This document shows positions 1-12,954 of a stretch of 64,000 nucleotides of DNA, in pieces. The stretch is from Mobula hypostoma (taxonomy: Eukaryota): positions 16,060,001-16,124,000 of the forward strand of contig NC_086109.1 of the NCBI RefSeq assembly GCF_963921235.1. Direction: 5' to 3'. The position numbers and the translations under genes are program-made. The notes beneath the pieces are model-generated. The model saw nothing but the letters and a program-made list of their open reading frames with translations. It had not been told where the DNA came from and did not search any database. The number at the start of each line of letters is the position of its first letter. The stretch's first letter is position 1.

Positions 1-39
1 CTGTAGTAATTTTATGTATTGCTCCGTACTGCTACCAGA

Positions 40-668
40 TGGAATATATAAATCATTACCAAAAAACAAAATATGGAACAAAAAAATCACATTTATGGAA
101 TTTATGTGGGAAACAAATAAATACTAAATGCTCAGTACTGTGCAAAAGTCTTAGGCTCATAGTTAGGGCACCTAAACCTTTTGCACAGTACTGTAGTAAC
201 TTTATGTATTGCACTGTACTGCTGCCACAAACAAAAAAACTAATTTCATGACATATGTGAGTGATGATAAACCTGATTCTGATATGGGTTTCTTTTGTGG
301 ACTGAAAGTGGGAAGGGGCAGAGTGAGAGCGGATTCATGGTTGGGAAAAGGGAAGGGAGCGGGAAGCACCAGGGAGACGTTCTGTACTGATCAATAAACC
401 AATTGTTTGGAATCAAATGACCTTGATTGACGTTTCAGGACTGGGTGTACCTGCACCTGTGGCACCCCTGCCCCCGGCACTCCTCTACCATCTGCCCCAC
501 ACCCTTCACACAGCACTCCACCCTCACCATTCAAAACATCTTTTGCTCCTGCCATATTTAAAAACTTGCACTCTGCTCCACGTTGACAAATACAGTACTG
601 TGCGAAGGTTTTAGACGCCCTAACTATATATACAGTACATTTGCGCCTAATATTTTTACACAGTACCG
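40..668 (+). mobile_element. Tc1-like non-autonomous composite element, copy A (two short TIR hairpins around a shared internal segment)
   Basis: CAGTACTGTGCAAAAG-type inverted pairs at 133-193 and 593-668. The internal and left-flank sequence is homologous to 3546-4177 (inverted); the internal segment also recurs in 42750-43887. Confidence 0.7.
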
Positions 669-829
669 TACATTGGTGAGACTGTGCAGACTAGGCAACT
701 ACTTTGCCAGCAACTGTACTCTGTCCAAAATGGCTCATTGGAGCTCCTTGTGGCAAATTATTTCTCATATATTGATGGGGATACAGCATGGAATAGACCT
801 TTCTGGCCCTTTGATTCGTACCACCTGAC

Positions 830-992
830 AATCCCACTATTTAATCCTAGCCTAATCACGGGACAACTTACAATGACCTTTCAACCCAACAACCAATACG
901 TCTTTAGACTGTGGGAGAAAACTGAAACACCCGGAGGAAACCCACACAGTCACGAAGAGAACGTGCAAACCCTTACAGGCAGTGTCAGGAAA
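830..992 (-). mobile_element. tRNA-derived V-domain SINE fragment
   Basis: Reverse complement carries the GTGTGGGTTTCCTCCGGGTG..CAGTTTTCTCCCAC core shared with the copy at 22400-22735. Confidence 0.7.
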
Positions 993-1424
993 ACTTCCCT
1001 TCTTCTTCCCGCAATGTGCATCAAAGAAGGTAAAAAGGAAGAGAGAAGCAAACATAAAGGCTGTTCTCTTAAGAACCACCAGAGGAATTAATAATGGGGA
1101 ATAGGAAATGCTAAAAGTGTTAAAATAAAATGTTTTGTGTCTGTGCTCAGCAGAAAACACTAAAAGCATTGCTGAAAATAATAGGAAATAAGAAGTCAAA
1201 AGAGAAGGGGAAATGTAAAATAATGTTCACTCAAGAGAAAGTACTAGGTAAACAAGTGGGATGAAATGTCATAAAGTTCTCATCACTGCTTTTTAAGAGA
1301 GATGCAATTATGCTGGAGATGGTGCAGAGAAGATATAAGGGGATATTGCCAGGATTGAAAAATTGTAACAAAGAAGAAAGATCAGATATGTTTGCATTGT
1401 TCCTTTGGAACAGAGGAAGCTGAA

Positions 1425-2054
1425 AGATTCTGCAGATGCTGGAAGTCTTGAGCAACAAACACAAAATGCTGGAATAACTCAGCAAGTCAGGCAGCATCTA
1501 TGGAGGGAAATGAATAGCTGATGTTTCAGGCTGAGACCCTACATCAGGACAGAAAGGAAGGGGGGAGTCCAGAGTAAAAAGGTTGGGGGAGGGGAAGAAG
1601 CTGGCGATTGATAGTTGAGAACAGTTGAAGGTCACCTCCTTCTGGTTCCCCTCCTCTCTCCTTTTCCTCCCACAGTCTACTGTCCTGTATGTTAATTCCT
1701 CTTTTTTCAGCCCTTTTTCTCTTCCACCTATCACCTCCCTGCTTCTTAGTTCATCCCCTCTTCCCCAGCAACCCACCTATCACCTCCCTGCTTCTTAGTT
1801 CATCCCCTCTTCCCCAGCAACCCACCTATCACCTCCCTGCTTCTTAGTTCATCCCCTCTTCCCCAGCAACCCACCTTTCACCTCACCTGGTCTCACCTGT
1901 CACCAGCCAGTTTGTGTTCCTTCCCCTCCTCCCATTCTTATTCTGATTTCTGTCCCCTTCCTTTCCAGTCATGAAAAGCTCAAAATGTCATCTGTTTATT
2001 CCTCTCCATAGTTGCTACTTGACTTGTTGATTTCCTTCAACATTTTGTGTGTGT
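1425..2054. mobile_element. Penelope-like element end with inverted arms and a degenerate hammerhead
   Basis: CTGCAGATGCTGG...CAGCATCTATGG...GTTTCAGGCTGAGACCCTACATCAGGAC minus arm and a decayed plus arm ending CATTTTGTGTGTGT. Confidence 0.75.
1724..1876 (+). repeat. Perfect 49-bp tandem repeat, 3 copies plus a partial
   Basis: CCACCTATCACCTCCCTGCTTCTTAGTTCATCCCCTCTTCCCCAGCAAC starts at 1724, 1773 and 1822. Confidence 0.95.
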
Positions 2055-3059
2055 CAAGAGAAGACTTAATTAAGATGCACAAATTTATGAGGGGCCTAAA
2101 TGAAAAAAAAAAGGAAGAATTTATTTCCCTTACCAGGGGTGTCAAACTCTCAGACATGTATTTAGGGTAATTTGCAGAAAGGAGATAAAGACATTTTCTA
2201 TTAATTCAGAGTGGTTTGGGAGCTTGCTGTATGTCCAGTAGAAGGAAGTAGAAGTTTCATCATACTTAAAAAGAACGTCAATCCATCCCTGAAGATCTGG
2301 GACCACAGACTTGCTATTGGAAGGTTGGATTAGGCTTGAAAGCTTTTCATTGACAGACACAGGCATGATGGGCTGAATGGCCTATTTGCATGTTTTATGT
2401 TCTCTGTGATCCTCTGAATTTCAGTTCCAATCTAAAAGTAATGGCTAATTCATAGTGTCTTTCTGTGGGCTTTGAAGTCTCCAGACTTTGGAACGGTCTC
2501 AACTAGTGGTAAACCACTAATGCACTTTAGCTTTTCAGGAAAGCGGTGAATTACCAACTAGTAAGCATAACCCTATTGTCAAGAAAATCATAATATATTT
2601 AGACAAAGACAGCATGGTTCTGTATGTAATAAGAGTGGCAATCTGGCCCCATTTGACTGCTTTGCATTCAATAACCTCTATGTCATTTTCCTGAACACAA
2701 TGCTTAATGAAAAGGAAAGTATGCTTGACACGGTTATTAGATTTCTTTGAGGGCGTAACAATTGGAGTGGAGAAAGGAGAAACAGTGGACCTGGTGCATT
2801 TGGATTTCCAGACACACTGTACCTCTGCGTTACGGAGGGGTTCCAGAACGTGAGCCCTTTATTCCCATTGAGTCCCGCGTTCTGACTGGAGATGTAAAGT
2901 TTCTCTCTCAACAGCAGGTCCATGGTCTATAGATGAGAGAAGTCTGATCCTGTGATAGGCAGAAAGGGAAGTGTTCTATATTGTTTGATTATCTAGAAGT
3001 GAATGTTACATTGTATGATGAAGTATTGTTGTACAAGTATAAAGGGAAGAAATGACGTG

Positions 3060-3330
3060 GAAGAGTCAACGGCACAGAACAGGCCCTTCAACCCATGATG
3101 TTGCGTCAAACCTTTCAGCTACTCTAAGATCGATCGAACCCTTCCATCTCACACAGGCCTCTATTTTTTTTTCCGTCCATGTGCCTATCTAAGTGTCTAT
3201 TAAGTGTCCTGAATGTATCACCCTTTGCGGCACGTTTCCTGTGCCCACCACTCTCAAGATAAAAAACTTACCTCAAACATCCCCCCCCCCATATTTTCTT
3301 CCAAACACCTTAATGTTATGTCCCCTCGAG
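3060..3330 (-). mobile_element. CR1 3' end fragment
   Basis: Reverse complement resembles the 3' end of the CR1 at 41000-41250. Confidence 0.6.
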
Positions 3331-3545
3331 ATGTCCTCTTAAAATTGCCTTGTCAGTTTCCAATGTAAAACGGTCAAATAGCCTTCAGCCTGCCATCAAT
3401 GTTTTCAGCAAGCTAGTAGATACTAGTCCAACTGTACCATTAGAGAGTAGAAGGGACTTGACAGATCAGGTCAAATATGAAGCAAAAGGCCAGTGTTAAC
3501 CCTGTAGTATGCTGTAACTATGATTGTAGTTCAGTTCTCCATACA

Positions 3546-4177
3546 CAGCACTGTGCAAAAGTCTTAGGCACATATATATATAGGTAGAGTGCCTAAGACT
3601 TTCGCACAGTACTGTATTTGTCAATATGGAGCAGAGAATGAGTTTGTAAATGGGACAGAATCAAATGATGTTACGAATGGCAAGGGTGGAGAACTGGGGG
3701 AGGGTTGTGAGGCAGGTGGCAGAGAATGCGTTCAGGTGGGGGTTGTAGACGCACCTAGCCCTGAAACACCACACCAGGTCATTTGATTCCAAACAATTGG
3801 TTTATTGATCACTACAGAATGTCTTCCCGGTGCTTCCCACTCCCTCCCCTCTCCCTTCCCCCTTTCCCAACCATGATTCCCCTCTCCATACCCCCTTCCC
3901 ACTCTCAGTCCACAAAAGAGACCCATATCAGTATAAGGTTTATCATCACTCACATATGTCATGAAATTTGTTTTCCTTGTTCCTGGCAGCAGTACAGTGC
4001 AATACATAAAATAAATGCAGTACTGTGCAAAAGTTTTAAGTACCCTAACTATATTTATGTGACTAAGATTTTGCACAATACTGAAAAGTTAGTATTTATT
4101 TGTCTCCCACATAAATTTCATAGATGTGAATTTTTATTCCATATTTCATTTTTTTTGGTAATAATTTGTGTATTCCA
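3546..4177 (-). mobile_element. Tc1-like composite element, copy B
   Basis: TIR hairpins at 3546-3614 and 4018-4083; inverted homology to 40-668. Confidence 0.75.
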
Positions 4178-4289
4178 TAGGGATGAATTTCTGTAACCTG
4201 AACTTTCATACCACACGGGTACCCTGTGCATTACATTAAAAGAATACTTCTCAGGGTTTCAATGAGATGCTACTTAATTGCTTACTCTG

Positions 4290-5790
4290 TCAACGAAGGA
4301 GTCATGATATTGACATTAATTTATTAGTATGGATGGAAGACAGGCAAACATAAAACAAGTTTGGAGTAAGTGGATCAATTTTAGATTGAAAGGTTGTAAG
4401 AAATAATATGCCACAGAGCAGTGATGGGGCTTTGACTATTTACAATTTAAATCAATGATTTGCAAGAAAGGACCAAGAGTCTTGTAACTATGTTTGCTGA
4501 TGTTACAAAATCGGATGGAACGACAAATTGTGAGAACTTCAAGGATGTAGGGATAGGTTATATGAGGAAGCAAATCAATGGCAAATTAAATAATTTCTAC
4601 TTGTATAGAGAGTGAAACACTAGCAACTGCGCACTGACTGGAAGGGCCGAATGGCCTGTTTTCTGGGCGGCAGTGTTCTGTGGTTCTATGGGATGTCACC
4701 TTGACTAGCGATGAAATGTCTGCAAGCTAATTGCCAAGTTTGGTGAACACCACATCAAATGTCTCAACCTGAGCTACCAGTATTCACCACCATCCAAAAC
4801 AGTTATTAGCCCTCAGCCATCAGATCCATGAACCAGAGGGGATAACTTCACTTAATTTCACTCACCCCATCACTGAACCATACTCACAACCTATGGGATC
4901 ACTTTCGAGGACTCTTTATCACATGTCCCTGACATTTATTGCTTGTTTTTCTTTTTGTATTTGCGCAGTTTGTTGTCTTTTGCATATTGATTGTTTATCC
5001 ATTCTGTTGGGGCAGTCTTTCATTGATGTTATTATGTTTCTTGTATTTACCACCATAAATGCCCACAAGAACATAAATCTCAAGGTTGTATATGATGACA
5101 TATATGTACTTTGATAATAAATTCAGTTCAGTCTTTGAACTTTGAGAAATATCTGTGAGTCTCATACAGGAGCAGTAACTTGGTGTTCAGGGACATGTTG
5201 AGAATAGTGGTCTTTATTGCAAGGAGCTTGGAGAACAAAAGTAGTAAATGCTTGCAATACCTGTGTGGGGGTTCAGTGAAGCCATACCCGGGTACAGTTT
5301 TCTGCTTTTAGTTCCCTGAGGTGGAGTTGAATATGCTTCCTTGGAGGCAATGTTGTGAGGTTCACTAGGATGATGTCCAAAATGGTGGAGTGGGCAAATG
5401 AAAAGAGTTTGAAAATAGTTTCAGTCTATGTTCTCTGGAATTCAGATGAATTCATGGTAATCTCATTGAAACTTATGCTTCTAACTGGGCTGACACAGTA
5501 GATGATGTGATAACATTCTCCTGGGGTGGTGGGAGCCAGGACTGGGGAGATACTGTAGTCTCAGGGTAAAGGGGTGGACATTTAATCATTTGATGGAAAG
5601 TAACCGCTCAGTTTTGGAGAACAGTGGACCCTGAATCATTCTCAGGCTGAGACAGAAAGGCCAACAGAGGATTGAGGGTATTGGAGATTAAGCAGGAAGA
5701 TGGAGTTCAGGCCAGCGATCAGAGCCATGATCCTTTTAAAATGATGAAGCAGATTTGAGAGGATATGACCTTCTGCTGCTCACATTGACT
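4290..5790 (+). mobile_element. Decayed CR1 ORF2 fragments interrupted by a PLE remnant (about 4690-4780) and a Rex1 3' UTR (about 4780-5145)
   Basis: Degenerate RT motifs (TTTGCTGATG near 4493), a CR1 3' UTR near 5740-5790, and the Rex1-type tail GTACTTTGATAATAAA. Confidence 0.6.
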
Positions 5791-6569
5791 GTGTTCGTCT
5801 TTCTCCTTTCTTGGCTCCAAGCCCAAACTGCTTGCTTTTGTTGAATGAGGAATCAGTTCTTTTCTTCCGGGAGGTCAGGACTGAGCAATTATTCATTATG
5901 TTGATAGAAGTCTGATACCTATGAGATTGTCAATTAGTTTAGGTATTTCTAATTGAGCCCTGCACATCAGTAATATTTTCCACGTATTTATGTCCAGAAG
6001 AGAGGCCTTGGTTTAACATTTCATCTAAAACTGCTGATGGAACACCATTCAGAGCACTTGCCATGCCATAATCTCTCCTCTGCTTCAACTTCAACTTCTT
6101 CCTACAGTAAAGTCCCTAACCCCAACCAACTACACTATCTATCTCCAACAAATTTTCACCAAAGTTCTAATCGTTCTCCTTGCTTTAAGAAATGGAGGGA
6201 GTTGGGGAAAGATTCAAGAGGGTAATACACCTCTGTTCACTAGTACCACCTAGAATATTTACAACCATTTGTATTCACCACCTGACATTGGGTTCCACTG
6301 ATTTTAATGCAATGATTATTAGGAGATATTGTACACCAATAGCGAGCATGCAGAGGTTTACCAGGATGCTGTCTGGAATAGAGAACATGTCTTAGTGAAA
6401 TCCACCAATAACCATCAATATTCAGGCGGTCCTTTAGAATGTAGTCAAGGTTCTTCTCTGTTGAGTGAAGCACAAAGAGTAAGAAGCAAGAATCCTTTCC
6501 TGGTGGTTTACCAGTACTCAAATGATAGACTGATGTTCTGAACATTAGTTAATATGTGTTGGTTAGTTA

Positions 6570-7080
6570 GTTTGTTAACCTTGAACCTTGAGGTGATGTT
6601 GCAGCTCTATAAAACTTCTTTTAGACCACAATTGGAGAATTGTGTTCAGTTCTGGTCATCAATTTATAGGAAGGATGTGCAAGTTTTAGCAAGGGTGCAG
6701 ATATCTACCAGGATGCTGTCTGGAATGCAGGGCATGTCTTAACGAAAGGTTGTGCCAGCTAGGGCTCTTCTCTGTGAAGAGAAGAAGGATGAGAAGTATT
6801 GTGGCCTATACCACAGGAGATTGTTTAAAGATGCATGGAGGAATGATTAGGGAAGATGTCAGAGGTAAGTTTTTTTTACGTAGAAAATAGAAAGTTCCTG
6901 AAACGAGTGGTGGTAGCAGCTGATATATTGGTGACGCTTAAGGAACTCTTAGATAGGCACACGGATGGAAGAAAAATTGGTTAGAAAGGAGGGAAGAATT
7001 AAATTGATTGTGGAGCATTTAAAAGGTCGGCATAATATTGTGGGCTAAGGGGTGCATATTGCGTTGTGCTGTCCTATGTA
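6570..7080 (+). mobile_element. CR1 3' fragment
   Basis: ORF 6554-6742 reads VMLQLYKTSFRPQLENCVQFWS, matching the CR1 ORF2 C-terminus. Confidence 0.8.
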
Positions 7081-7609
7081 ATATTTAACTTCAACCACAA
7101 ATGGTGCCTAATAGGTGTGAAATGAAGGAAACAAGCGTGATTAATATTTGCTGACTGCTAAGGGGCCAGTGGCTTCTTCTGCTGAGTGGAACTCGGTTCC
7201 CAGCTGCACTTTTGTCTTGTGAACTGTCTGGCTAATGAACAGGTTTTAGGAGTGGAAACCCACTGAAACATGCAGAGGACATGGATTAGGTTTCATACTT
7301 GGTCTCTCTCAGGGACTAATGACACTGCACGATATAGACTGCAAACATTCTGTCCTATTTGGCTATTTTTGGGCCATGATACTACAACAGTGCATTTTCA
7401 TTACAGAAATCCCAGCCTGAAGGAAACTGAAGACTATATTTCTCCAACAATACCGGGGATCTTTCTTGGATTCCAGCATGCAGGTAACAGCTTTACCACA
7501 GTTGGTACCACTCCTGCTTCTAAGGAGAAAGACTGTGTGCTCGGACATTGTGTCGAAGAACTGAGTACCAACACTTGGCTCATATCCCAGTGCAGTCAAA
7601 AAAGGTGGC

Positions 7610-8215
7610 TCAATACTGCTACTCTGCACATAAAATGTACAATGAGGCTGTGTACAAGAAGTCGCCTCTACTTCCTGAGGAGAATGAGGTCGTTTGGAGT
7701 ATGCAGGTCTCTCCTTTACATGCTCTGCCAGTCTATTGTTGCCAGCACTATCTTTTATGTAGTGGTGTGCTGTGGCAATGGCATCAACACAGGCGATGTC
7801 AACAGACTCTATAAGCAGATTAGAAAGGCTGGCTCTGTTATAGGAGTCAAACTGGACACAGTGGATGATGTGCTAGAGCAAAGGACCCTACAGTAAACCC
7901 TGGCTATTCTGGACAATGTTTCTCACTCTCTGCATGCCACCTTGACTGAGCAGAGGAGCACTTGTAGTAATAGACTAAGACAACTGCACTGCTGGAAAGA
8001 GTGCTATATGAGGGCATTCTTCTGCTTGGCCATTAAGCTCCAAGTGAGTCAACCTATAGCTGGAGAAGTGATCACTCCCTCCTGTTAGACTGTTTGTGGT
8101 ACTTCTCTTTTATTCTTTCTACTTCTCGTCTATATTTATATCTGTGCACTTGTAATGCTATATTTATATCTGTGCACTGTAATTTCCTTAGGGATCAATA
8201 AAGTATCTATCATCT
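7610..8215 (+). mobile_element. Rex1/Babar-type LINE 3' fragment
   Basis: RSRLYFLRRMRSFGVCRSLLYMLCQSIVASTIFYVVVCCG motif, followed by a UTR ending AATAAAGTATCTATC. Confidence 0.75.
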
Positions 8216-8763
8216 GTCTAAAAAGCAAGGCCCCTGAAGTAGCATTTCAATTTACTTTCCATCAAATGATTAAATGATCAATCCTTTACCCTGAGACTAT
8301 CTCCCCAATCCTGGGTTCCACCACCAGGAGAACATTATCACAACATTTACCCTGTCAGCCCTGATGAAATTTCAAGAAATAGCTGTAAAATTAAAACATA
8401 AGGATGGGAGAAACAAGGTAAGAAAATAGCCAAGTCTCAAACTCAAGCTTGCCCTGCCAATCAACACAATCATGGCTAATATTCCCTAAGCCCTGCTCAC
8501 CTGTATTAGTTTCTCATAATTCCCTGATCTTTCAAAGATATATCAACCTCCTCTTTTAATACTCACAATGATCTAGTTTTACACCATTCCAGTCCAGAAA
8601 ATTCCTGCAGCATACTTTTCCACGAACAATTCTGTAAACAAACAGGTAGACTTTGGTCCTACTTATGAGCCCATGGGGCAAAACTCCAGACCACAGCACA
8701 CGAAGTTCGCCACACAGCCACTCAGCGACAAGATTTCCTCCCCACGTCACAAATGAGTTTCTG

Positions 8764-9425
8764 AAATGGTGTGAAATGGTGACAGCGCACGCGGCCACTT
8801 CGGTGATGAATATCTGTTATCTGTCAGGTAGGGGACCGTGCACTATTCTGATTTGACGGAGACAGACGTGACAGCACAGCGGAACATCTGGAAAACTTCT
8901 GAAATGCCCGCTTCGCTGCCGCTGCTACTGTGTGGTAACCGGAATCTCCGGAGCTGAAGGCCCCGAAATCCTCGGCTTTGCATGTTTCAGTGGCCAGGGA
9001 GAGGTCGAAGGCATTCGGCAGAGGATGGCACTCAGGAGGCTGTATCGGAGGGGCTGGTCGGAAGCTTGGAGTTTTCGGATGGATGGACTCAGTGTCGGCT
9101 TGGGTCGGCTGTTTCCAAGGCATCGGCAAGTTGACGGTGCCTGGAGGTTTATGGCAGGGAGTTTCTCCCTTTTGCCGCCTACTATCGGGGACTCGGGACT
9201 ATGAGACTTTTTTTTACTGTGCCCATGGTCTGTTCTTTATCCAATTATGGTATTGCTTCGCACTGCTGTAACTATATGTTATAATTATTGGTTCTGTCAG
9301 TGTTAGTCTTTGGTCTGTCTTGTTTTCTGTGATATCACTCTGGAGAAACATTGTATCATTTCTTAATGCATGTATGCATTCCTAAATGACAATAAAAGAG
9401 GACTGAGTGTTCTCATAATTTAATT
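8764..9425 (+). mobile_element. About 660-bp non-autonomous retroposon, copy 1
   Basis: Colinear with 28686-29370; GC-rich 5' half and a LINE-like tail AATGACAATAAA...CTCATAAT. Confidence 0.7.
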
Positions 9426-9674
9426 AGCTCATTGAAAAGTGTATTAAGGCCCGGAGGACACACCACAATAAACAGCGCACTAATGATTCTCCTCGCCTGG
9501 TGCCAAAACATTTGCAAGTAAATTGCCAAGATCAGAAAAAAAAACTCAACCCAGTCATCAGCCACCTGAGCTACACATTTTTCTCCAGAGAATTCCAAAG
9601 GATCATTAATCTCTGCAAATTCTCTCCAGTATTTACCCTCAACCAATGTCAATAACAGATTATTTATTTCATTT

Positions 9675-9880
9675 AGAGATTCAGGCTCCTCCAGCCCAAT
9701 TACACCCCTGTGACCAATTAACCTACTAAATCCCTACGTTTTTTGGAAAGAGGGAGGAAACCAGAGCACCCAGAGGAAACCCATGTGGTCACGGGGGGAA
9801 CATACGAACTCCTTACAGACAGTGATGGGAACTGAACCCGTCATTGGCACTGTAACACTGTTGCTCTGAGTGTTAAGCTG
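9675..9880 (-). mobile_element. V-domain SINE
   Basis: GGAGGAAACCAGAGCACCCAGAGGAAACCCATGTGG core (reverse complement of the V domain). Confidence 0.75.
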
Positions 9881-9969
9881 GAGTGCCACTTTAATTATGT
9901 GAATATATACCTCACCGGGAACTGACTGTGCATAAGTTGGCTGAAGACCTTTGACCAGCTGAGTCCAGG

Positions 9970-10405
9970 AACACGTTGGGGGCAGCCCGCGAGTGTTACC
10001 ATACTTCCGTTGCCAACATAGCATGCCCGCATCTTACTAACGCTAACCCGTACTCCTTTGGAATATGGGAGGAGACCAGAGGACCCAGAGGAAACCAATG
10101 CAGTCATGGGGAGAACATACTGTCACGTACCCCGTGACGGGGATAAAGAAACCAGCAGAAATAGAAACCACTTTGGAGTCCAGTATTGCTATAAACTACT
10201 AATATGTATTAGTAACTTCGCAATACGATAATATAAATGAAGAGGTTAGCAATGATTATGTATATAAGTAAGTAAATCAGTAAGTATGGAAACAGATTTA
10301 TGAAAAAACAAGCTTCTTTAAGTCTAGGGGTAAAAAGACACAGTCTTACGATGTTGAGTAAAGTTCAGTTCAGTTCAGTTCGTGGTATTTAGTTGAGTAG
10401 TGATG

Positions 10406-10460
<55 letters not shown>

Positions 10461-11137
10461 TTGAGTCTTCAGGTGAGTTGTTGCTGTCGACCTTCTCATC
10501 GTCCTCCGAAATCCCTCACCAGTCACCGACTGTGACTTTAACCAGGGGGACCGGTTTTCCTGTGGTGGAGCTATCACCCTGGCAAGGGTGGACACATAGA
10601 CAACTCCCCACCAGTCAACCCCTACTCCTTCACTGGGAGAGCAATTTGGATCGATCCTCCAAAACCCACCTTCTCTGCGGGCACAACAATGCTCATTCAG
10701 TGTCCAGATCATGTGTCTGAGGTCTGTACCATCTGACTTCCTATTTATCTCACCAGGCTGAGCATCACCTGTCATTCAAAGAGTCCCTCCTTCCTTTGTC
10801 TGTAAAGGAATGCGAGCAGGCAACAAGTCTTTGGAAGTAACATCAATAATGTCCTGTTGGTCACCATAGCAACTTTCGAGCTGCTCAGTTTTTATCTCCA
10901 AAGTAAAACTCCAAAGTTAACTCCCGTGTCAGTCCAACCGTCAATCTTCGTCTCTCTCTCTCTCCTTTCCAAACAAACCATCGATGATGAATATCTCTCT
11001 CTGTCTCTCTTCAAACAGTTAATAGGGGCCCTCCTGGATCCCCTCACAATACATACTCCTTACAGACAGTGGCAGGAATTGAACTGGGTTCGCTGGAGCT
11101 ATAAACCATTACACTAACTGCTACACTACTGTGCCGG
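9970..11137 (-). mobile_element. V-domain SINE split by an LTR insertion
   Basis: ...GGGAGAACATAC | insert | ATACATACTCCTTACAGACAG rejoins to the SINE sequence seen in other copies. Confidence 0.75.
10121..11048 (-). mobile_element. Solo LTR-like element (probably Gypsy), containing a (GA)n tract
   Basis: TG...CA termini, 4-bp TSD ATAC (10117-10120 / 11049-11052), (GA)n at about 10406-10455. Strand inferred from a TATA-like ATAAATAGG on minus. Confidence 0.75.
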
Positions 11138-11231
11138 CCTTGAAAAGGGTATAAGACTGTGAAGGATACCATACAGATTGTGAGTTTTTAATCTTGTGGT
11201 ATATCACTTATCAGATAGATTGGTGAGGGAT

Positions 11232-11357
11232 CAAGGGTCTCAGCCAAAACAGTGACTGTTTGATCTTTTCCACAGATACTGCCTGGCCTGCTGAGTTCCT
11301 CCAGCATTTTGTGTGTCTGGCTTTGGATTTCCAGCATTGCAGATTTTCTCATGCTTC
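11232..11357 (+). mobile_element. Short PLE terminal fragment
   Basis: 8-bp TSD TGAGGGAT (11224-11231 / 11358-11365); begins in the hammerhead helix II region. Confidence 0.75.
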
Positions 11358-11384
11358 TGAGGGATGATATTGTTTGCTGTAGAA

Positions 11385-11775
11385 AAGCAGCATCCATCAT
11401 CAAAGGTCTTCACCTCCTAGGCCGTGCTGTTTTCTTGCTGCTGCCACCTGGTGGAAATTACAAGTGCCTCAGGACTTGCACCACCTGGTTCAAGAACAGT
11501 TACTACCCCTCAACCATCAGGCTCCTGAACAAAAGGGGAAAACTGCACTCATTCTACTTCTGGTGTTCCCTCAACCAATGGTCTCACTTTAGGGACTCTT
11601 TACCTTGTTATGTCATGCTTGTGATTTATTGCTATTTATTAATATTTGCATAGGATCAATGGATCAGATTGATCCTGTTTACAGTTACTGTTCTATAGAT
11701 TTGCTAAGCATGCCTGCAGATAAAGAATCTCATGGCTGTATGTTGCTCTTTGATAATAAATTTTACTTTGAACTG
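11385..11775 (+). mobile_element. Rex1-type LINE 3' end
   Basis: LLLPPGGNYKCLRTCTTWFKNSYYPSTIRLLN C-terminal motif and tail TTTGATAATAAATTTTACTTTGAAC. Confidence 0.75.
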
Positions 11776-12569
11776 TGTTTCTTTTTAAGATTACAAAGCT
11801 GTTTTAAGTGTTTGACTTTCTGGCTCTTGAAAAAGGATCTCGTGTTTTCCCGGCATGTGTGACGAATAAACTCTTCTCGGGCTTCCAGCCGGGAAGCTCT
11901 TGTCTACAGAAAGGAATAACTGAGCTGAACTGAGTGAATTGAAAGCGAAAAGTAGACATCTCTCCATGCTAAGTAGCTGTTAGAAACTACCACTTAATGT
12001 ACAACATATCTGTAATATGCCAACCATAAAAAATTAACATTTGTGTAATGAATTGCTATAAATAATTACTAAATGCCGCCGTATTATCACATTAAAAAAT
12101 AATTCACAAAAGCCGTCAGTGCAAGACTACAGTGATTATGAATGTTTCATACCATCGTGCAACAGTTATTAATTTGTAATAAACACTAGTTATAAAACAT
12201 TTAAAAATATGTTGATGATACACAAGACAGAAATAAAGTCGTTCCTGGTAAAAATAATGGAGCATAATTTGTGTTGAAGCACTTCAGCATCATCTTTACA
12301 GCATAGTCAGCCCAACTAGTCTATTTGATAATGTCAAATATCAATCTAACCCTCTGTTCCTCTCTTCTTTTTTTTTGGTGTTGTCTATCATGCAATTGGA
12401 CTAGGTTTATTATGGTCACATGTACCAAGGTAGAGTGAGAAGCTTCCATCTGTATGCTGCCCTCAAAATCATTCCATACATAAATGCTTTGAGATAGTAA
12501 AGATGAAAATAGAATGCAGAATATAGTATTACCGTTACAGAGAATGTGCAGTGCTGGTGGACAAATGAA

Positions 12570-12905
12570 CTACTACTACTACTACTACGTCGACTCAGGC
12601 CTAGGGGGCTGGTGTCAGGCACGATGATGGGCTCTCCACTTCTCCCTCTCCCTCTTCAGTGTGTTCAGTTCATCTACATTAGCCGTGCCGCTGTCTTCTA
12701 GGGGCGTGTTGACCATAGTCTTGAGAAGGCGCCCAGGGTTCATCCTCCCGTGCTCGGGCTCCTATATGATGACTAGGCTGGCAGGTAGCTCGGGGTGGCA
12801 TAGACAGAGCCCCGCTACTTGCAGTCTTCTCACCTCGATTTTAGTGGTGAGCATCGGTAGGTCGTCATAGAGCTCGATGTTCATCATGTGCTGTTGCTAA
12901 CTCAC
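12570..12905 (-). mobile_element. RTE-clade LINE 3' end with (TAG)n tail
   Basis: 11-bp TSD GGACAAATGAA (12559-12569 / 12906-12916). Minus-strand translation NIELYDDLPMLTTKIEVRRLQVAG...HPELPASLVII.EPEHGRMNPGR resembles an RTE C-terminus. Confidence 0.8.
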
Positions 12906-12954
12906 GGACAAATGAAGGGTTAGGACAAAATGAAGTAAACTAGGAGATCAAGAG

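Larger units (their letters stand above)
1290..2400 (+). mobile_element. Decayed CR1 LINE 3' fragment, split by a PLE insertion
   Basis: CR1 ORF2 C-terminal similarity on both sides of 1425-2054 and a GGGCTGAATGGCCT 3' UTR motif near 2370. Confidence 0.65.

Noticed and set aside
7270..7896. 208-aa ORF as a host gene
   Set aside because: Its C-terminal part is Rex1 ORF2 sequence and the N-terminal part has no recognisable domain, so it is a chance read-through.
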